This document shows positions 63,301-64,000 of a DNA stretch of 64,000 nt, piece after piece. The notes below the pieces were generated by a model. The model worked only from the letters and a program-made list of their open reading frames with translations. It did no database searches and was not told the origin of the DNA. Position 1 is the first letter of the stretch, and each line of letters starts with the position of its first letter. Location: NCBI GenBank assembly GCA_002269645.1, contig NIVC01000110.1, positions 434,001 through 498,000 on the forward strand. The letters run 5' to 3'. Both the position numbers and the translations under genes were made by a program. This DNA is from Macrostomum lignano (lineage: Eukaryota).

Positions 63301-63935
63301 GATGCAATGTAAACCGGTGAGCAGCCATTAACAGCCTCCCGAAGGTTGACATCGGCCTGTGCTTTGATAAGAGATTTTACAACTCTATAGTGACCATTTT
63401 CCGAAGCAATGTACAGTGGCGACTGACCAGTCTGTCTCCGCAGATCGACATCTGCTCCTCCTTTGATGAGTAATTTGACCACCTTCCGCTGCCCGTTCTG
63501 GCATGCGATGTACAGTGGTGACTGGCCCGTATTGCGAAGAAGATCAACGCTTGCTTGAGCTGCGATTAGGGACTTAACCAGATGGTGATGACCATTTCGC
63601 GATGCAACGTAGATTGGCGATTCCCCGCTTATTCGTTGAAGGTCGACGTTAGCTCCTGCTTCGATGAGACGTTCGACAACTTGACAATGACCATACTGCG
63701 ATCCGATGTACAGTGGCGAAGAGCCGGTGACTTTCTCTTGAAGATTGACATCAGCTCCGAATGTGATAAGCAAACTGACGATTGACTGATGACCATTCTG
63801 CGACGCTGTCCATAGTGGTGACTCTCCGTTGTCGTTTCGGAAATTGACGCAAGCTCCACAATGTAGAAGCGATCTGACCTGTTCGAGATGACCATCACAG
63901 GATGCAGTGAAAAGAGCTTTGCCTTCAGCTTCCAT
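60350..63935 (-). CDS. Ankyrin-repeat + Mab-21/cGAS-like nucleotidyltransferase (cGLR-like), 3 exons, about 934 aa
   Basis: Exons 63935-63017 (about 8 ANK repeats, [13 protein letters not shown]), 62924-62577 (VVGSFTDG...ESDIDVL, NTase signature), 61887-60350 ([34 protein letters not shown], Mab-21 C-lobe). Both introns are GT-AG and phase 1. An additional upstream exon cannot be excluded. Confidence 0.88.
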
Positions 63936-64000
63936 CTACATCATCATAGTACGAGTTAAGAGTACTGAAACTTTTCTCTCCGTACAACAAATAGTGCTTG

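Overview
Eukaryotic (animal) genomic DNA with compact GT-AG introns packed with micro- and minisatellites. The style suggests a free-living flatworm such as Macrostomum, which is an inference only. Host genes: the 3' part of a jitterbug-type filamin (+, 197-6120); two tandem insect-AANAT-like GNAT acetyltransferases (-); a multi-exon glutamate-receptor-like channel with an intact K+ selectivity filter TMTTVGYGD (+, about 17078-25074); a complete 9-exon CaMKIV (-, 28147-31895); a small single-pass membrane protein; and an ankyrin-repeat + Mab-21/cGAS-like nucleotidyltransferase gene (-, 60350-63935). Mobile and repeat content: a repeated element carrying minimal type I hammerhead ribozymes (13.7-15.4 kb); an inverted-repeat-flanked segment with a decayed USP protease; two hAT-type MITEs with 8-bp TSDs; and a very young 19.8-kb tandem (3-LTR) Ty3/Gypsy retrotransposon inserted in a minisatellite. 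Top finding: the Pol frame of that retrotransposon, entered by a UUUAAAC/pseudoknot -1 frameshift, begins with a cold-shock domain and a long coiled coil before the protease, a part not shown in the supplied ORF track. Its 3' non-coding region also carries a spaced 28-nt repeat array.
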